64,000 nucleotides of DNA from Vicinamibacteria bacterium (GTDB lineage: Bacteria > Acidobacteriota > Vicinamibacteria > Marinacidobacterales > Marinacidobacteraceae): the NCBI GenBank assembly GCA_965199715.1, contig OZ241322.1, positions 480,001 through 544,000 of the forward strand, given 5' to 3'. A model generated the notes under the pieces. That model saw only the letters and a program-made list of their open reading frames with translations, was not told where the DNA came from and did no database searches. Shown piece after piece: positions 28,776 through 38,445 of this stretch. Made by a program: the position numbers and the translations under genes. The first letter of the stretch is position 1. Each line of letters begins with the position of its first letter.

Positions 28776-30548
28776 ATGCGTTTCCTTGCGGCCGTCCCGC
28801 TGCTGGTTCTGGCCCTCGCGGCGCCGGCCGGCGCCCAGGCCCCCTTCCTGCCGTTCGACGAGGTGCGCGGCGGCATGACCGGCGAGGGCCGGACCTCGCT
28901 CGGCGGCGACCGGATGGAGACGTTCTCGGTCGAGGTCGTCGGCGTGCTCCGGGGCGCGCTCCCCGGCCGCAACATCATCCTCGCCAACCTCTCGGGCGCG
29001 AACCTCGAGCACACCGGCGTCATGCAGGGCATGAGCGGCAGCCCGGTGTACGTGGACGGGCGGCTCGTGGGCGCCGTCGCCTTCGCCTTCCCCTTCGCGA
29101 AGGACGCGATCTGCGGGATCACGCCTTTCGAGGAGATGGTCCGCTTCTCCAACTCGTCCGCGCCGCAGGCGGCGGGAGCCGCCAGCTTCCTCGACTTCTC
29201 CGGCGACGGCGCCCCCGTCGTCAACGCGCCGCCGACGCTGCGGGCGGACGCCGGGGACGCCGCGCTGGTCCCGATCCGGACCGCGGTCGCGGTGAGCGGC
29301 CTCGCCCCGGCGGCCGAATCGCTCCTCGCCCCGCTGTACGCAGGACTCGGCATGGCCATCGCGCCGGGCGGGCGGACGGCCCAGAACGGGGGCGAGGATC
29401 CGCCGCGGCTCGCGCCGGGAAGCGCGGTGGGCGCCACGCTCATCGGCGGCGACATGGTCTTCATGGCCAACGGCACCGTGACCCACGTGGACGAGGCCAC
29501 CGGCGAGGTGTACGCCTTCGGGCACCCGTTCCTTGGCCTCGGCGACATCTCGATCCCGATGCAGGCGGCGCGGGTGGAGGCGGTCGTCGCGTCGCTCTCC
29601 AACTCCTTCCTCATGGCGAGCGCCGGCGAGCGGATCGGGGCGTGGACCCACGACGGCTCCACCGGCATCCGGGGGCAGCTCGGCATGCGCCCGCAGACGA
29701 TCCCGCTGCGGATCCGGATGGGGACCAGCCGGGGCGTCCGCAGCGAGTACGCGCTCGAGCTCGCCAGCATCGACGCGCTCACGCCGCTGCTCGCGTTCTC
29801 GGGACTGGTCGCGATCCTCGGCGCCGAGGAGAGCCAGTCGGCGCCGCACACGCTGCGAGTGAGCGCCCGGATCGCGCTCGGCGACGGTCGGGTGCTGCCG
29901 GTGGAGGACGTCTTCGCCTCGACCGCCGGCGCGACGCTCCTCGCGGCGGGACAGCTCGTCGCCGCGCCGATCCAGTTGCTGCTCGCGAACCCGCTGGAGC
30001 GCATCCCGGTGCGGGAGATCGACGTGGAGGCGACGGCCGCGCCGGGCGCCCGCGCCGCCCGGGTCACGCGGGCGTGGTTCGAGTCGTCGCGCGTCCGACC
30101 GGGCGCGACCGCGCCGCTGCGCATCACGACCCGCGACTACCGGGGAACCGAGCGCACCCGCTCGCTCGACGTCCCGATCCCCGAGAGCGCCGCCGGGGCA
30201 CGGCTGCAGGTCGTGCTCGCCGACGCGAACGCGATGCTCACCTCGGCCGTGACCCGAGCCACCTCCGGCCCGCCGGTCCACGTCGAGCAGATCTTCCGCG
30301 CGATCAGCCGCCACCCACGCGCCAGCCGCCTCTACGCCCGGCTGATCCGCACCGACCGGGACGCGGTGGTCGTCCGGGGCGACTACCTGCCCTCGCTCCC
30401 GCCGAGCGTCCGCTCGGTCATCGCCCGCGACGCGTCGGGCACGTCGGGAGGGGCGCTCCGCTCGTCGGTGCTCTGGGAGGGACATCTCGACTTCGACGCC
30501 ACCGTCACCGGCTCGCGCCGCCTCGCGCTCGAGGTGGAGGCCCGGTGA
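28776..30548 (+). CDS. Exported SpoIVB-like peptidase S55 domain protein
   Basis: Signal peptide; QGMSGSPVY...LVGAV; AFGHPF. Confidence 0.85.
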   Translation: MRFLAAVPLLVLALAAPAGAQAPFLPFDEVRGGMTGEGRTSLGGDRMETFSVEVVGVLRGALPGRNIILANLSGANLEHTGVMQGMSGSPVYVDGRLVGAVAFAFPFAKDAICGITPFEEMVRFSNSSAPQAAGAASFLDFSGDGAPVVNAPPTLRADAGDAALVPIRTAVAVSGLAPAAESLLAPLYAGLGMAIAPGGRTAQNGGEDPPRLAPGSAVGATLIGGDMVFMANGTVTHVDEATGEVYAFGHPFLGLGDISIPMQAARVEAVVASLSNSFLMASAGERIGAWTHDGSTGIRGQLGMRPQTIPLRIRMGTSRGVRSEYALELASIDALTPLLAFSGLVAILGAEESQSAPHTLRVSARIALGDGRVLPVEDVFASTAGATLLAAGQLVAAPIQLLLANPLERIPVREIDVEATAAPGARAARVTRAWFESSRVRPGATAPLRITTRDYRGTERTRSLDVPIPESAAGARLQVVLADANAMLTSAVTRATSGPPVHVEQIFRAISRHPRASRLYARLIRTDRDAVVVRGDYLPSLPPSVRSVIARDASGTSGGALRSSVLWEGHLDFDATVTGSRRLALEVEAR

Positions 30549-32701
30549 GGCGACGCCTCGCGATCCTCCTGCTGGCCGGGGGTTCGCTGCTGGCGGCCAG
30601 CCGCGACTTCTGGCGGTTCGAGACCTCGGGCGACTTCCTCAGCGGCGAGAGCCGCGGGGTCAGCGTCGGCCCCGACGGCCAGGTCCGCCTCGCGCCGCTC
30701 GTTCGGGAACTCCACGCGCCCGAGCAGCCGTTCATCTGGCGCGTCGTCATGACCCAATCCGACACGCTCGTGGCGGGCGGCGACGGCATGCTGCTGCGCA
30801 TCCGGGGCGATGTCGTGGAGCCGCTCGCCGAGAGCCGCGAGGGCGGAATCCACGCGGTCGCGGCGGCGGACGACGGCGCGGTCTTCTACGCGGCCTCCCC
30901 GGGCGGGGCGATCCATCGCATCGGCCGCGACGGACGGCGAAGCATCCTCCACGATCCCGAGGTGGGCTACGTCTGGGGGCTCGCCGCCGAACCGGGCGGA
31001 AGCCTGCTCGCCGCGACCGGTTCCCCCGCCTCGCTCATCCGGATCCAACCGTCGGGACAGGCGACGCCGATCTTCCGCAGCCCCGAAGAGCACGTCACCG
31101 CGCTTCACCGCGCTCCGGACGGCGCGATCTTCCTCGGCACGGCCCCGTCGGGGATCGTCTTCCGGATCGACCCGGCGGGCGACGCGATGGCGCTCTTCGA
31201 CAGCGAGCAGACCGAGATCGGACGGATCGTGACCAACGCGGCGGGCGAAGTCTTCGCGACCGCGCTCGCCGAGTCCGCGGGTTCCGGACCGAGCGCCGCC
31301 GCGCCCGACCTTCCGGCGCCGCCGGGCGGTCCCGCGGGGGTCACGGCCACGGTCACGACGTTCAGCGCCTTCCGCGCGCCGACCTCGCTCGGCGTTCCCG
31401 CCGGCGCCGCGCCGTCGGGCGGGACCAACGCGCTCTATCGGATCGAGGCCAACGGGGCCGCCGAGGCCATCTGGGAGTCCACCGAGGAGCGGCCACTCGC
31501 GCTCGCGCTGCTTCGGGACGAACGGCTCCTTCTCGGGACCGGCGACCGCGGGCGGATTTACCGGATTTCCCGCGACGGCGACCGGACGCTGCTGCTGCGG
31601 ATCGAATCCGAACAGGTGACCGCCGCTGCCGCCGTGGGCGAACGCATCGTCCTCGGCGCCTCGAACCCGTCGCGGGTGCTCGCCGTCGGCCCGGGGGCGG
31701 GAACCGAGGGCAGCTATCAGTCGCGGGTGCTCGACGCCGGCGGCGCGGCCGCCTTCGGGCGGATCGCCTGGGACTCGCGCGCGCCCGCGGACACCACGAT
31801 CCTCGTCGAGACGAGGACCGGCAACTCCGAGGAGCCGGACGACACCTGGAGCGACTGGCGCTCCGCCGCGAACGGGAGCGCGGTCGAGAGCCCGCCGGCC
31901 CGGTTCTTCCAGTGGCGGGCGACGCTGCGGTCGGACGGAAGCGCTTCGCCGGAGCTCGTCTCGCTCACCGCCGCCTGGCTCGCCGCGAACCGCCGCCCGA
32001 GCGTGACCGGCGTGACGATCCATCCGCCGGGCGCCGGGTTCGAGCAGCTCCAGACTCCCCAGCCGGTGCGGGTCCAGGGCATGGCGGATCCGCTGGAGCC
32101 CACCGAGGCCGGCCGCCGGGCGACCTCGGACTCGCTCGGGTTCGTCGGGAGCGGGCGCCGGATCTACCATCCCGGACTCCAGACGATCACCTTTGAGTCC
32201 AGCGATCCCAACGACGACCGTCTCGTCCACGCGGTCGCGATCCGCCGGGTGGGCGAGGTCGCTTGGACTCCCCTCGCCGACCGGCTGCGCGAACGGGTCT
32301 TCGCGTGGGACACCTCCGGCCTTCCGGACGGGAGATTCGAGCTCCGGGTGACCGCGGACGACAGCCGCGACAACCCGCTCGGCGACGCGCTCGCCGGCGA
32401 ACGGGTGAGCCGCCCGTTCATGGTGGACAACACGCCGCCGGTCGTCTCGGATCTCGCCGTCGCCGCCGACGGGAGCCTCCGCTTCGCCGCTTCCGACGGG
32501 GCGAGCCCGATCCGCCGGGCCACGGCCGCGGTCGCGGGGGGCCCGCCGCAGGTGATCCGTCCCGCCGACGGCATCAGCGACTCCCTGAGCGAACGCTACG
32601 AAGCGCGGCTGGACGGATTCGCGGCCGGCTCCGCGGTGGTGGTCCGCGTGGAGGACGACCTCGGCAACTGGGTGACCGCGGAGGCGAGGGCCGAACCCTG
32701 A
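30545..32701 (+). CDS. Exported beta-propeller protein with C-terminal Ig/Fn3-like domains
   Basis: GTGA overlap; signal peptide; repeated beta blades; TRTGNS..PDDTWSDW; DNTPP. Confidence 0.75.
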   Translation: MRRRLAILLLAGGSLLAASRDFWRFETSGDFLSGESRGVSVGPDGQVRLAPLVRELHAPEQPFIWRVVMTQSDTLVAGGDGMLLRIRGDVVEPLAESREGGIHAVAAADDGAVFYAASPGGAIHRIGRDGRRSILHDPEVGYVWGLAAEPGGSLLAATGSPASLIRIQPSGQATPIFRSPEEHVTALHRAPDGAIFLGTAPSGIVFRIDPAGDAMALFDSEQTEIGRIVTNAAGEVFATALAESAGSGPSAAAPDLPAPPGGPAGVTATVTTFSAFRAPTSLGVPAGAAPSGGTNALYRIEANGAAEAIWESTEERPLALALLRDERLLLGTGDRGRIYRISRDGDRTLLLRIESEQVTAAAAVGERIVLGASNPSRVLAVGPGAGTEGSYQSRVLDAGGAAAFGRIAWDSRAPADTTILVETRTGNSEEPDDTWSDWRSAANGSAVESPPARFFQWRATLRSDGSASPELVSLTAAWLAANRRPSVTGVTIHPPGAGFEQLQTPQPVRVQGMADPLEPTEAGRRATSDSLGFVGSGRRIYHPGLQTITFESSDPNDDRLVHAVAIRRVGEVAWTPLADRLRERVFAWDTSGLPDGRFELRVTADDSRDNPLGDALAGERVSRPFMVDNTPPVVSDLAVAADGSLRFAASDGASPIRRATAAVAGGPPQVIRPADGISDSLSERYEARLDGFAAGSAVVVRVEDDLGNWVTAEARAEP

Positions 32702-33366
32702 CCCCGGGATCGTCCCGGATCACGGTCTTCACCCGCTCCCCCCGCCCCGGCGAAACCAAGACCCGCCTGATCCCGGCGCTGGGCGCGGACCAGGCGGCGG
32801 CGCTCCAGCATGCGATGGCGCTGGACCTGCTCGACGATCTCGGCCGCCGCGCTGCGGCGCGCGAGCGGGAGTTGCGGATCGCGGGCGCCCCGTTCCCGGT
32901 TCCCGGCGGGTGGTCCGTCCGCCCGCAGGGACCGGGAGATCTCGGGGCGCGCCTCGCACGGGTCGCGGAGGACGCGCGGCGGGAGGGGGCAGCGAGCCTC
33001 GTCGTCCTCGGGGCCGACGCTCCGCTCCTGCCGGACGGCCTCCTCGGGGCCGCCTTCGAGGCGCTCGAGGCGGACGACCTTGCGCTCGCGCCCGCCGAGG
33101 ACGGGGGCTACATCCTGATCGGCTTCGCCTGCGGCCGCCTCGAGCAGGACCGGATCCGCCGGCTGCTGTCGGGGATTCCGTGGGGGACCGACCGCGCCCT
33201 CGAGGAGACGCTGAAGGCGGCGCGCGGCCTGCGGCGGACGCTGCTGCCCGGGTTCTGGGACGTGGACCGCCCCGAGGACCTCGCACGGCTCCGGCGGCTC
33301 GCCGTCCGAAATCCGGAACGGCTGGCGCGGGTCGCTCAGGCCATGAGCTGGAGCACGACCGCCTGA
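32698..33366 (+). CDS. TIGR04282/DUF2064 family glycosyltransferase-like protein (start non-canonical, probably CTG)
   Basis: FTRSPRPGETKTRL, QGPGDLGARL, GADAP, PAEDGGY, WDVDRPEDL. Confidence 0.85.
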   Translation: MTPGSSRITVFTRSPRPGETKTRLIPALGADQAAALQHAMALDLLDDLGRRAAARERELRIAGAPFPVPGGWSVRPQGPGDLGARLARVAEDARREGAASLVVLGADAPLLPDGLLGAAFEALEADDLALAPAEDGGYILIGFACGRLEQDRIRRLLSGIPWGTDRALEETLKAARGLRRTLLPGFWDVDRPEDLARLRRLAVRNPERLARVAQAMSWSTTA

Positions 33367-33734
33367 CCGATGAGCGCGAACGAGTTGTAGGACACGTTCA
33401 TCGCGGCGAGCGCCCCCTTCCGGCCCTCGTAGGCGAACGACTGGTAGCCGATCGGGAGGAGGAATCCGACGGTCGCGGCGAGCGCGAGATGCACGCCGGC
33501 CAACGCTCCGTCCGCGCCGGCGAGAAGCTGCTGCAGGATGAACGCGGTGAGCAGCGCGAGCAGGAACGAGACGCCGTGGGTCTTCAGCGGGTTGAAGTCC
33601 CTGCGGATCTCCTCCTCGGTCTTCTCCACGAGCTCGAGCCACTTCTTCCCGAAGAGCGGCCCGTACCAGAGCATCCCGACGACCATCGGAACGAAGCCGG
33701 CGACGAGCACCGGCAGAAACTGAACTTCGTGCAT
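33336..33734 (-). CDS. DUF1761 family membrane protein
   Basis: GMLWYGPLFGKKW plus four TM helices. Confidence 0.8.
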   Translation of the reverse strand: MHEVQFLPVLVAGFVPMVVGMLWYGPLFGKKWLELVEKTEEEIRRDFNPLKTHGVSFLLALLTAFILQQLLAGADGALAGVHLALAATVGFLLPIGYQSFAYEGRKGALAAMNVSYNSFALIGQAVVLQLMA

Positions 33735-33746
33735 GGGGACCTCCCG

Positions 33747-35018
33747 TCAGTCGCGATCGGGCGCGCCGCCCACGTCCACGCCCGCCTTCTCCAGCTCCCA
33801 CAGGATGGCGTCGGCGAACTCGTTCAGGCTGGACAGCTTGCGCCCGTTGATGAAGATGCTCGGCGTGCTGGTGATGCGCAGGCGCATCGCCTCGCCGATA
33901 TCCCGCTGGAGCGCGGACTCGGTCTCGGCCGCGCCGAGACACGCGGCGAAGGCGGCGCCGTCGAGGCCCGCGCCCTCGGCGATCTCGGTCACGTCTTCCT
34001 CCGAGGGATTGAAGGGGGGAGTCGCGTACACGGCGTCGTGGTACGCCCAGAAGCCGCCGAGCGCCTCGGCGCAGATCGCCCCCCGCGCCACGTTGCAGGC
34101 GCCCGGATGCACCGGCGCCGGAATCTGGGGCACGCAGGTGTCCAGCGGGTAGTTGCGGTAGTAGAGCGCCACGTGCGGCCCGGTCGGCCCCTGCGCGTAC
34201 AGGTCGTACGCCCGCGCGAAGTTCTGGCACGAGGGACACAGGAAGTCCGAGAACGTGACGATCTTCACCGGCGCGTTCGCGGATCCCTTCACCGGCGCGC
34301 CCTCGAGCGAGACCTTCACCGGGCGCTGCTGGCGGAACGTCGGGTTCCGCCACTGCGGGGGCGCCGGGGCCAGCCCGGCGTGGGTCAGGGCGAGATCCTC
34401 CCGGGCGGGTTCCGCCGACGAGATTCCGAGGATCGAGAGATCGCCCGCCGCCGCCCGCTTGCTGAGGCCGTCGTTCACGACGAGCGTTCCGGAGATGATG
34501 AGGGCGGTGGTCAGGCCCCAGGCGCGAATCAAGAAACGTTCCACGGCAGTCTCCGATGGGTTACGAACCCTGCGGCGCGCCGGCCATACCGAGATCAGGA
34601 TCGCGGCGTTGGCGACATACGTCCACAGGCAAAGCGAACAGAGGGCCCCGATCGCGAGGGTCTGGACGCCGAGCAGGAAGGCGTCCACGACGAGGGCCAG
34701 AAGGACCAGCCGGAACGCCAGGCGTCCGACGACGCCCGAGATCGACATTCCGGCGAGCATCGAGAATCCGGCGAGCACGCCGAAGGAAAGAAAGTACGCG
34801 AGACCGGCGGCCGCGAGCGGCACGCCGCCGACGGCCGACCAGGCGCTGGCCGCGACGGTCGCGCAGCCCGCGTCCGCCGGATCGCAGAACGCGGCTCCGA
34901 GCGCGCTCTGGTCGAGCCCGTAGTGCCGGAGCAGCAGGATCCCGGAGAGAAGCGCGCCGGCGCCGGCGGCGAGAAATGCGCCCGCGAACCGGAGGGAAGC
35001 GAACCGGCTGCCGTACAT
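33747..35018 (-). CDS. VKOR-DsbA/thioredoxin fusion
   Basis: Loop cysteines C...C, TM CSLC, then DFLCPSC and STPSIFING. Confidence 0.88.
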   Translation of the reverse strand: MYGSRFASLRFAGAFLAAGAGALLSGILLLRHYGLDQSALGAAFCDPADAGCATVAASAWSAVGGVPLAAAGLAYFLSFGVLAGFSMLAGMSISGVVGRLAFRLVLLALVVDAFLLGVQTLAIGALCSLCLWTYVANAAILISVWPARRRVRNPSETAVERFLIRAWGLTTALIISGTLVVNDGLSKRAAAGDLSILGISSAEPAREDLALTHAGLAPAPPQWRNPTFRQQRPVKVSLEGAPVKGSANAPVKIVTFSDFLCPSCQNFARAYDLYAQGPTGPHVALYYRNYPLDTCVPQIPAPVHPGACNVARGAICAEALGGFWAYHDAVYATPPFNPSEEDVTEIAEGAGLDGAAFAACLGAAETESALQRDIGEAMRLRITSTPSIFINGRKLSSLNEFADAILWELEKAGVDVGGAPDRD

Positions 35019-35030
35019 GCGCCGGAGAGT

Positions 35031-35696
35031 CTAGTGTTCGCCCCTCGCGCGCCGGTATGCCGACGCGGAATCCGGCGTCGGCACGCCTGATTTCAGATCG
35101 GGCGCGGGCTCCGGCTCGCCGTACACGGTCCGCACCGGGACGAGTCCGGCCCACCACGGGAGCGCGAGGTCCTCGTCGTCGTCCGACGGCGGGCCGGAAC
35201 GCGCCTTCGCCGTCGCCTCCGTGATCGGGACCGCCGCGACGAGCGTCGCCTTCATCTCGGCCGGATTCGGGGGCCGGGTCTCGCCGAGGCGCCCCGGGAC
35301 CAGCTTCTCCAGCAGGACGTCGAGCACCCGCGCCTTGGCCTCGGGCTCCTCGACCGGCGCGGCCCGCCCGAGGACCACCGCCGACCGGTAGTTCATCGAG
35401 TGGTGGAACGCTGACCGGGCGAACACCAGCGCGTCGAGGAGCGTCACCGTGACCGCGACCTCCGCGCCTGACGCCAGAAGCCGCATGAGCCGGCTCGCCG
35501 ACGAGCCGTGCAGCAGGACGCGGTCCCCGTCCCGGGCGTATCCCATGGGAATCACGAACGGGGAGCCCTCGTCCACGAAACCGACGTGGGCGACCAGCCC
35601 CTCGTCGAGGATCCGGTCGATGAGCGCGCGGTCGTGGCTGCCGCGTCCGGGGATGCGGCGCACCCGGCTTCTGGCGGTCGGCGCGAGGTCGCTCAC
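35031..35696 (-). CDS. Pyridoxamine 5'-phosphate oxidase-like flavin-binding protein (NimA family)
   Basis: HGSSASR, RSAFHHSMNYRS, KARSGPP. Confidence 0.9.
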   Translation of the reverse strand: MSDLAPTARSRVRRIPGRGSHDRALIDRILDEGLVAHVGFVDEGSPFVIPMGYARDGDRVLLHGSSASRLMRLLASGAEVAVTVTLLDALVFARSAFHHSMNYRSAVVLGRAAPVEEPEAKARVLDVLLEKLVPGRLGETRPPNPAEMKATLVAAVPITEATAKARSGPPSDDDEDLALPWWAGLVPVRTVYGEPEPAPDLKSGVPTPDSASAYRRARGEH

Positions 35697-35700
35697 GTCC

Positions 35701-36816
35701 TCATCCCTCCTCGGAAAGGCGCAGGCGCAGCCTGCGGGTCACGGCGCCCATCGTCACGACGCCGACGAGCTCCCCCCGCTCCACGATCGCGATCGCCCGG
35801 AGCCCCGCGGACAGCAGCGCGCAGGCGCGCACCGCCGCGTCACCGGGCCGGAGCGTCCGCCGCAGGATCTCCGGCTTCATCACGTCGGCGGCGGTCGTCC
35901 GCTCGCGTCGGTCCTCCGGACAGCGGCGCACGTCCTCGAGGCGCAGCGAACCCACGAGCCGGCTCTCGTCCACGACCGGGATTTCGGGGAACTCGGCCTC
36001 CTGGTCCTCGACCTCGCGGAGCGAGGCGCCCCGCTGCACCGCCCGGATGCGGTAGTCCAGCACGTGACGGGCCTCGAGCCCGGCGAGCGCCTCCCCGAGC
36101 CACAACTGGTGGATGACCTGACGCGACACGCGCCGGAGGTGGACGCCGAGGAAGACGAACCAGACCCCGACCACGACCTGCGGGCCGCCGGCGCCTCCCG
36201 AGAGCAGGCCGAGCGCGCCCAGCCCGATCAGGAGCAGCGCGAACGCCCGCCCGCTGGCGGCGGCGGCGCGGCTCGCGGCCGCGGGTCGGCCCCAGATCTT
36301 CCACAGCGAGGCCCGCAGCAGACGGCCGCCGTCGAGCGGCAGCGCCGGGATCAGGTTGAAGGCCAGAAGAAGGCCGTTCATGAGCGCGAGGTGCTCGGCG
36401 ACGAGCGAGGCCGCCGCCGGAAGCCCCGCGATCGACCGGAGCCACAGCAGCGCCGCGAGAAGCGCCCCGGTCGCGAGCGGGCCCGCGACCGCGATCCGGA
36501 ACTCCTCGCCGGCGTCCGCCGGTCCCTCGCCCAGCACGGTGCGGCCACCGGCGAACTCCAGACTGACCCCGGCGACCTCGCGCCCTTGTCGGACGGCCGC
36601 GACGGCGTGCGCGAGCTCGTGCGCCATCACCGAGACCGCGAACAGGCTGGCGGTCACCACGCCGAGTCCGAAGGCCGCCGCCCCGCCGAGCCCGAGGCCG
36701 CTGCGAAAGTAGATGGCTCCGAGGCAGGCCGCCAGCACGACGCCAAGAAGCAGCCACGAGGCGTGGACGTCGATCGGGACGCCGAAGGCCCGGCCGAGCC
36801 GGAACCGGCTGGTCAC
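35701..36816 (-). CDS. Site-2 protease (M50) with CBS domains
   Basis: AHELAH, IAVAGP, FNLIPALPLDGGR, C-terminal CBS pair. Confidence 0.92.
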   Translation of the reverse strand: MTSRFRLGRAFGVPIDVHASWLLLGVVLAACLGAIYFRSGLGLGGAAAFGLGVVTASLFAVSVMAHELAHAVAAVRQGREVAGVSLEFAGGRTVLGEGPADAGEEFRIAVAGPLATGALLAALLWLRSIAGLPAAASLVAEHLALMNGLLLAFNLIPALPLDGGRLLRASLWKIWGRPAAASRAAAASGRAFALLLIGLGALGLLSGGAGGPQVVVGVWFVFLGVHLRRVSRQVIHQLWLGEALAGLEARHVLDYRIRAVQRGASLREVEDQEAEFPEIPVVDESRLVGSLRLEDVRRCPEDRRERTTAADVMKPEILRRTLRPGDAAVRACALLSAGLRAIAIVERGELVGVVTMGAVTRRLRLRLSEEG

Positions 36817-38045
36817 GGGAGCTTCTCCCGGCGCAGCAGCAGCAGCCGGTCGCCCGGCTCGAGGACGCGGTCGAGGAATCCCCGGTTGAGCGCGAGAAGG
36901 GCCTCCTCCGGCGCGTCGCTCGCGGACTCCGGCAGCCGCCCGAGGGCGTCGCGCACCGTGATGCCGCCCGGTCCCGGCGCGGCGCGGGCGACCACCCGGA
37001 GCGGCCCCGGCGCGTCCGCTCGGCCGATCCGGCGCAACGATTCGAGCGTCGCGACGAACTCGTCCTCGCAGCGCCGGAACTCCTCGCAGTCCATCCGGAG
37101 CGCGACCGCGCCGGGCGGAGCGGACACGAGGGCGACGAGCGCGCGCGCCTCCCCGTCCCGCATGACCCGGCCGCGCGCGCCGATCCAATTCCGGATCCGG
37201 ATCGCCTCGGCCATGCCGACCTCCTCCCCTTCCCCGGCGCCCGCCCGTTCGAGAAGACCGGCGAGGCGGTCGAGGAGCGCGCGCTCGGCGTGGAAGGCTT
37301 CGACCGGACTCTCCGCCGGAACGTCCGGCGGGGCCGGAGCGGCGACCCCGGGGCATTCCCCGGCGTTCTCCAGGCCGAACAGCGACGCGACTCGCGGCGA
37401 GCCGGGATCGGCCCCGAAGGCCACGCGGAACGAGCGGCCCGTATCCGAGGTCGCCCGGAGACACGGCCCCACGTGCGACCGGAAGGCGAAGCCGTCGGGC
37501 AGCCGAAGGCGGACGCCGGCGGCCGGCAGGAACACCGCGCCGTCCCGCTCGGAGCCGAGCCGCCCCGGTTCGCCGAACACGACGCCGTCGACGAGCTCGA
37601 ACCACTCCTCCGCGCCGGTCTCCTCGACATTCGCGCCGATGTCGAGCTCGAACGGTTGCGCCCGGAGCGCGCGCGTCTCCGGGTCGCGGAGGCCGGTCCC
37701 CCACGCCGCCTCGGCGCGTTCGAAGAACGCCCGCAACGCGGCCGGGCCGCCGAGCGCGACGAGCGCCCCCCGCGAGAGGTGCAGCGTCCGGTCGGCGAAG
37801 AGGCCCGCCTCGGGCGCCGGAACGTCGGTCACGACCACCCGCCACGGCTGCCCGATCGGAGCTCCCAGCGCCGCGATCCGGTCGCCGAGCGTCTCGTCGG
37901 GCCACAGCGGCGCGACGCTTTCGATTTCGGTCCGCGCCCGCAGCGCCTCGGCGACGGCCGCTGCGTCCGGCGGGGTCGGACCCCGGGTCGTCGCGCAGCC
38001 CGTCAAGGCCGCGACGAGCGCGAAACGAAAACGGATTCCAGAAAC
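36813..38045 (-). CDS. Lipoprotein resembling M48 peptidase + LysM proteins but lacking HExxH (start uncertain)
   Basis: LTGC lipobox; LHLSRGAL; VDGVVFGE; C-terminal LLALNRG...LEPGDRLLL. Confidence 0.6.
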   Translation of the reverse strand, partial: VSGIRFRFALVAALTGCATTRGPTPPDAAAVAEALRARTEIESVAPLWPDETLGDRIAALGAPIGQPWRVVVTDVPAPEAGLFADRTLHLSRGALVALGGPAALRAFFERAEAAWGTGLRDPETRALRAQPFELDIGANVEETGAEEWFELVDGVVFGEPGRLGSERDGAVFLPAAGVRLRLPDGFAFRSHVGPCLRATSDTGRSFRVAFGADPGSPRVASLFGLENAGECPGVAAPAPPDVPAESPVEAFHAERALLDRLAGLLERAGAGEGEEVGMAEAIRIRNWIGARGRVMRDGEARALVALVSAPPGAVALRMDCEEFRRCEDEFVATLESLRRIGRADAPGPLRVVARAAPGPGGITVRDALGRLPESASDAPEEALLALNRGFLDRVLEPGDRLLLLRREKLP

Positions 38046-38080
38046 AAGAAGGGCTCCGGCAGCAAAACTGCCCGGAGCCC
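38040..38080 (-). terminator. Intrinsic terminator after the nuo-ferredoxin genes
   Basis: Minus strand gggctccgggcag-ttttg-ctgccggagccc followed by ttcttgtttct. Confidence 0.7.
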
Positions 38081-38154
38081 GGTGGTGAAACGAATCGGCG
38101 CCAGCAACGCTCACCGGCCGGAGCTTTAGGCCGCCGGCCGGGAGAATCCGCCGA

Positions 38155-38412
38155 TCAGGCGTAGAAGGCGGTGTTCGTGTCCCGGTAGTCGGCCCACTTG
38201 TCCGGCAGATCCTCGTCCGGGAAGATGGCCGTGACGGGGCACGCCGGCTCGCAGGCTCCGCAATCGATGCACGTGTCGGGATCGATGAAAAGCTGCTCGG
38301 CCTCTTCGAAACCGTCCTCGTCACTGGTCGGGTGGATGCAGTCCACCGGACACACGTCCACGCAGGCGGTGTCCTTCGTCCCGATGCAGGGCTCGGCGAT
38401 CCAAAACGACAT
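38155..38412 (-). CDS. 7Fe (FdxA-type) ferredoxin
   Basis: CIGTKDTACVDVCPVDC and CIDCGACEPACP. Confidence 0.95.
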   Translation of the reverse strand: MSFWIAEPCIGTKDTACVDVCPVDCIHPTSDEDGFEEAEQLFIDPDTCIDCGACEPACPVTAIFPDEDLPDKWADYRDTNTAFYA

Positions 38413-38445
38413 TGAAGTCTCTCCTTCAGAAAATCGGCGTCCGGC

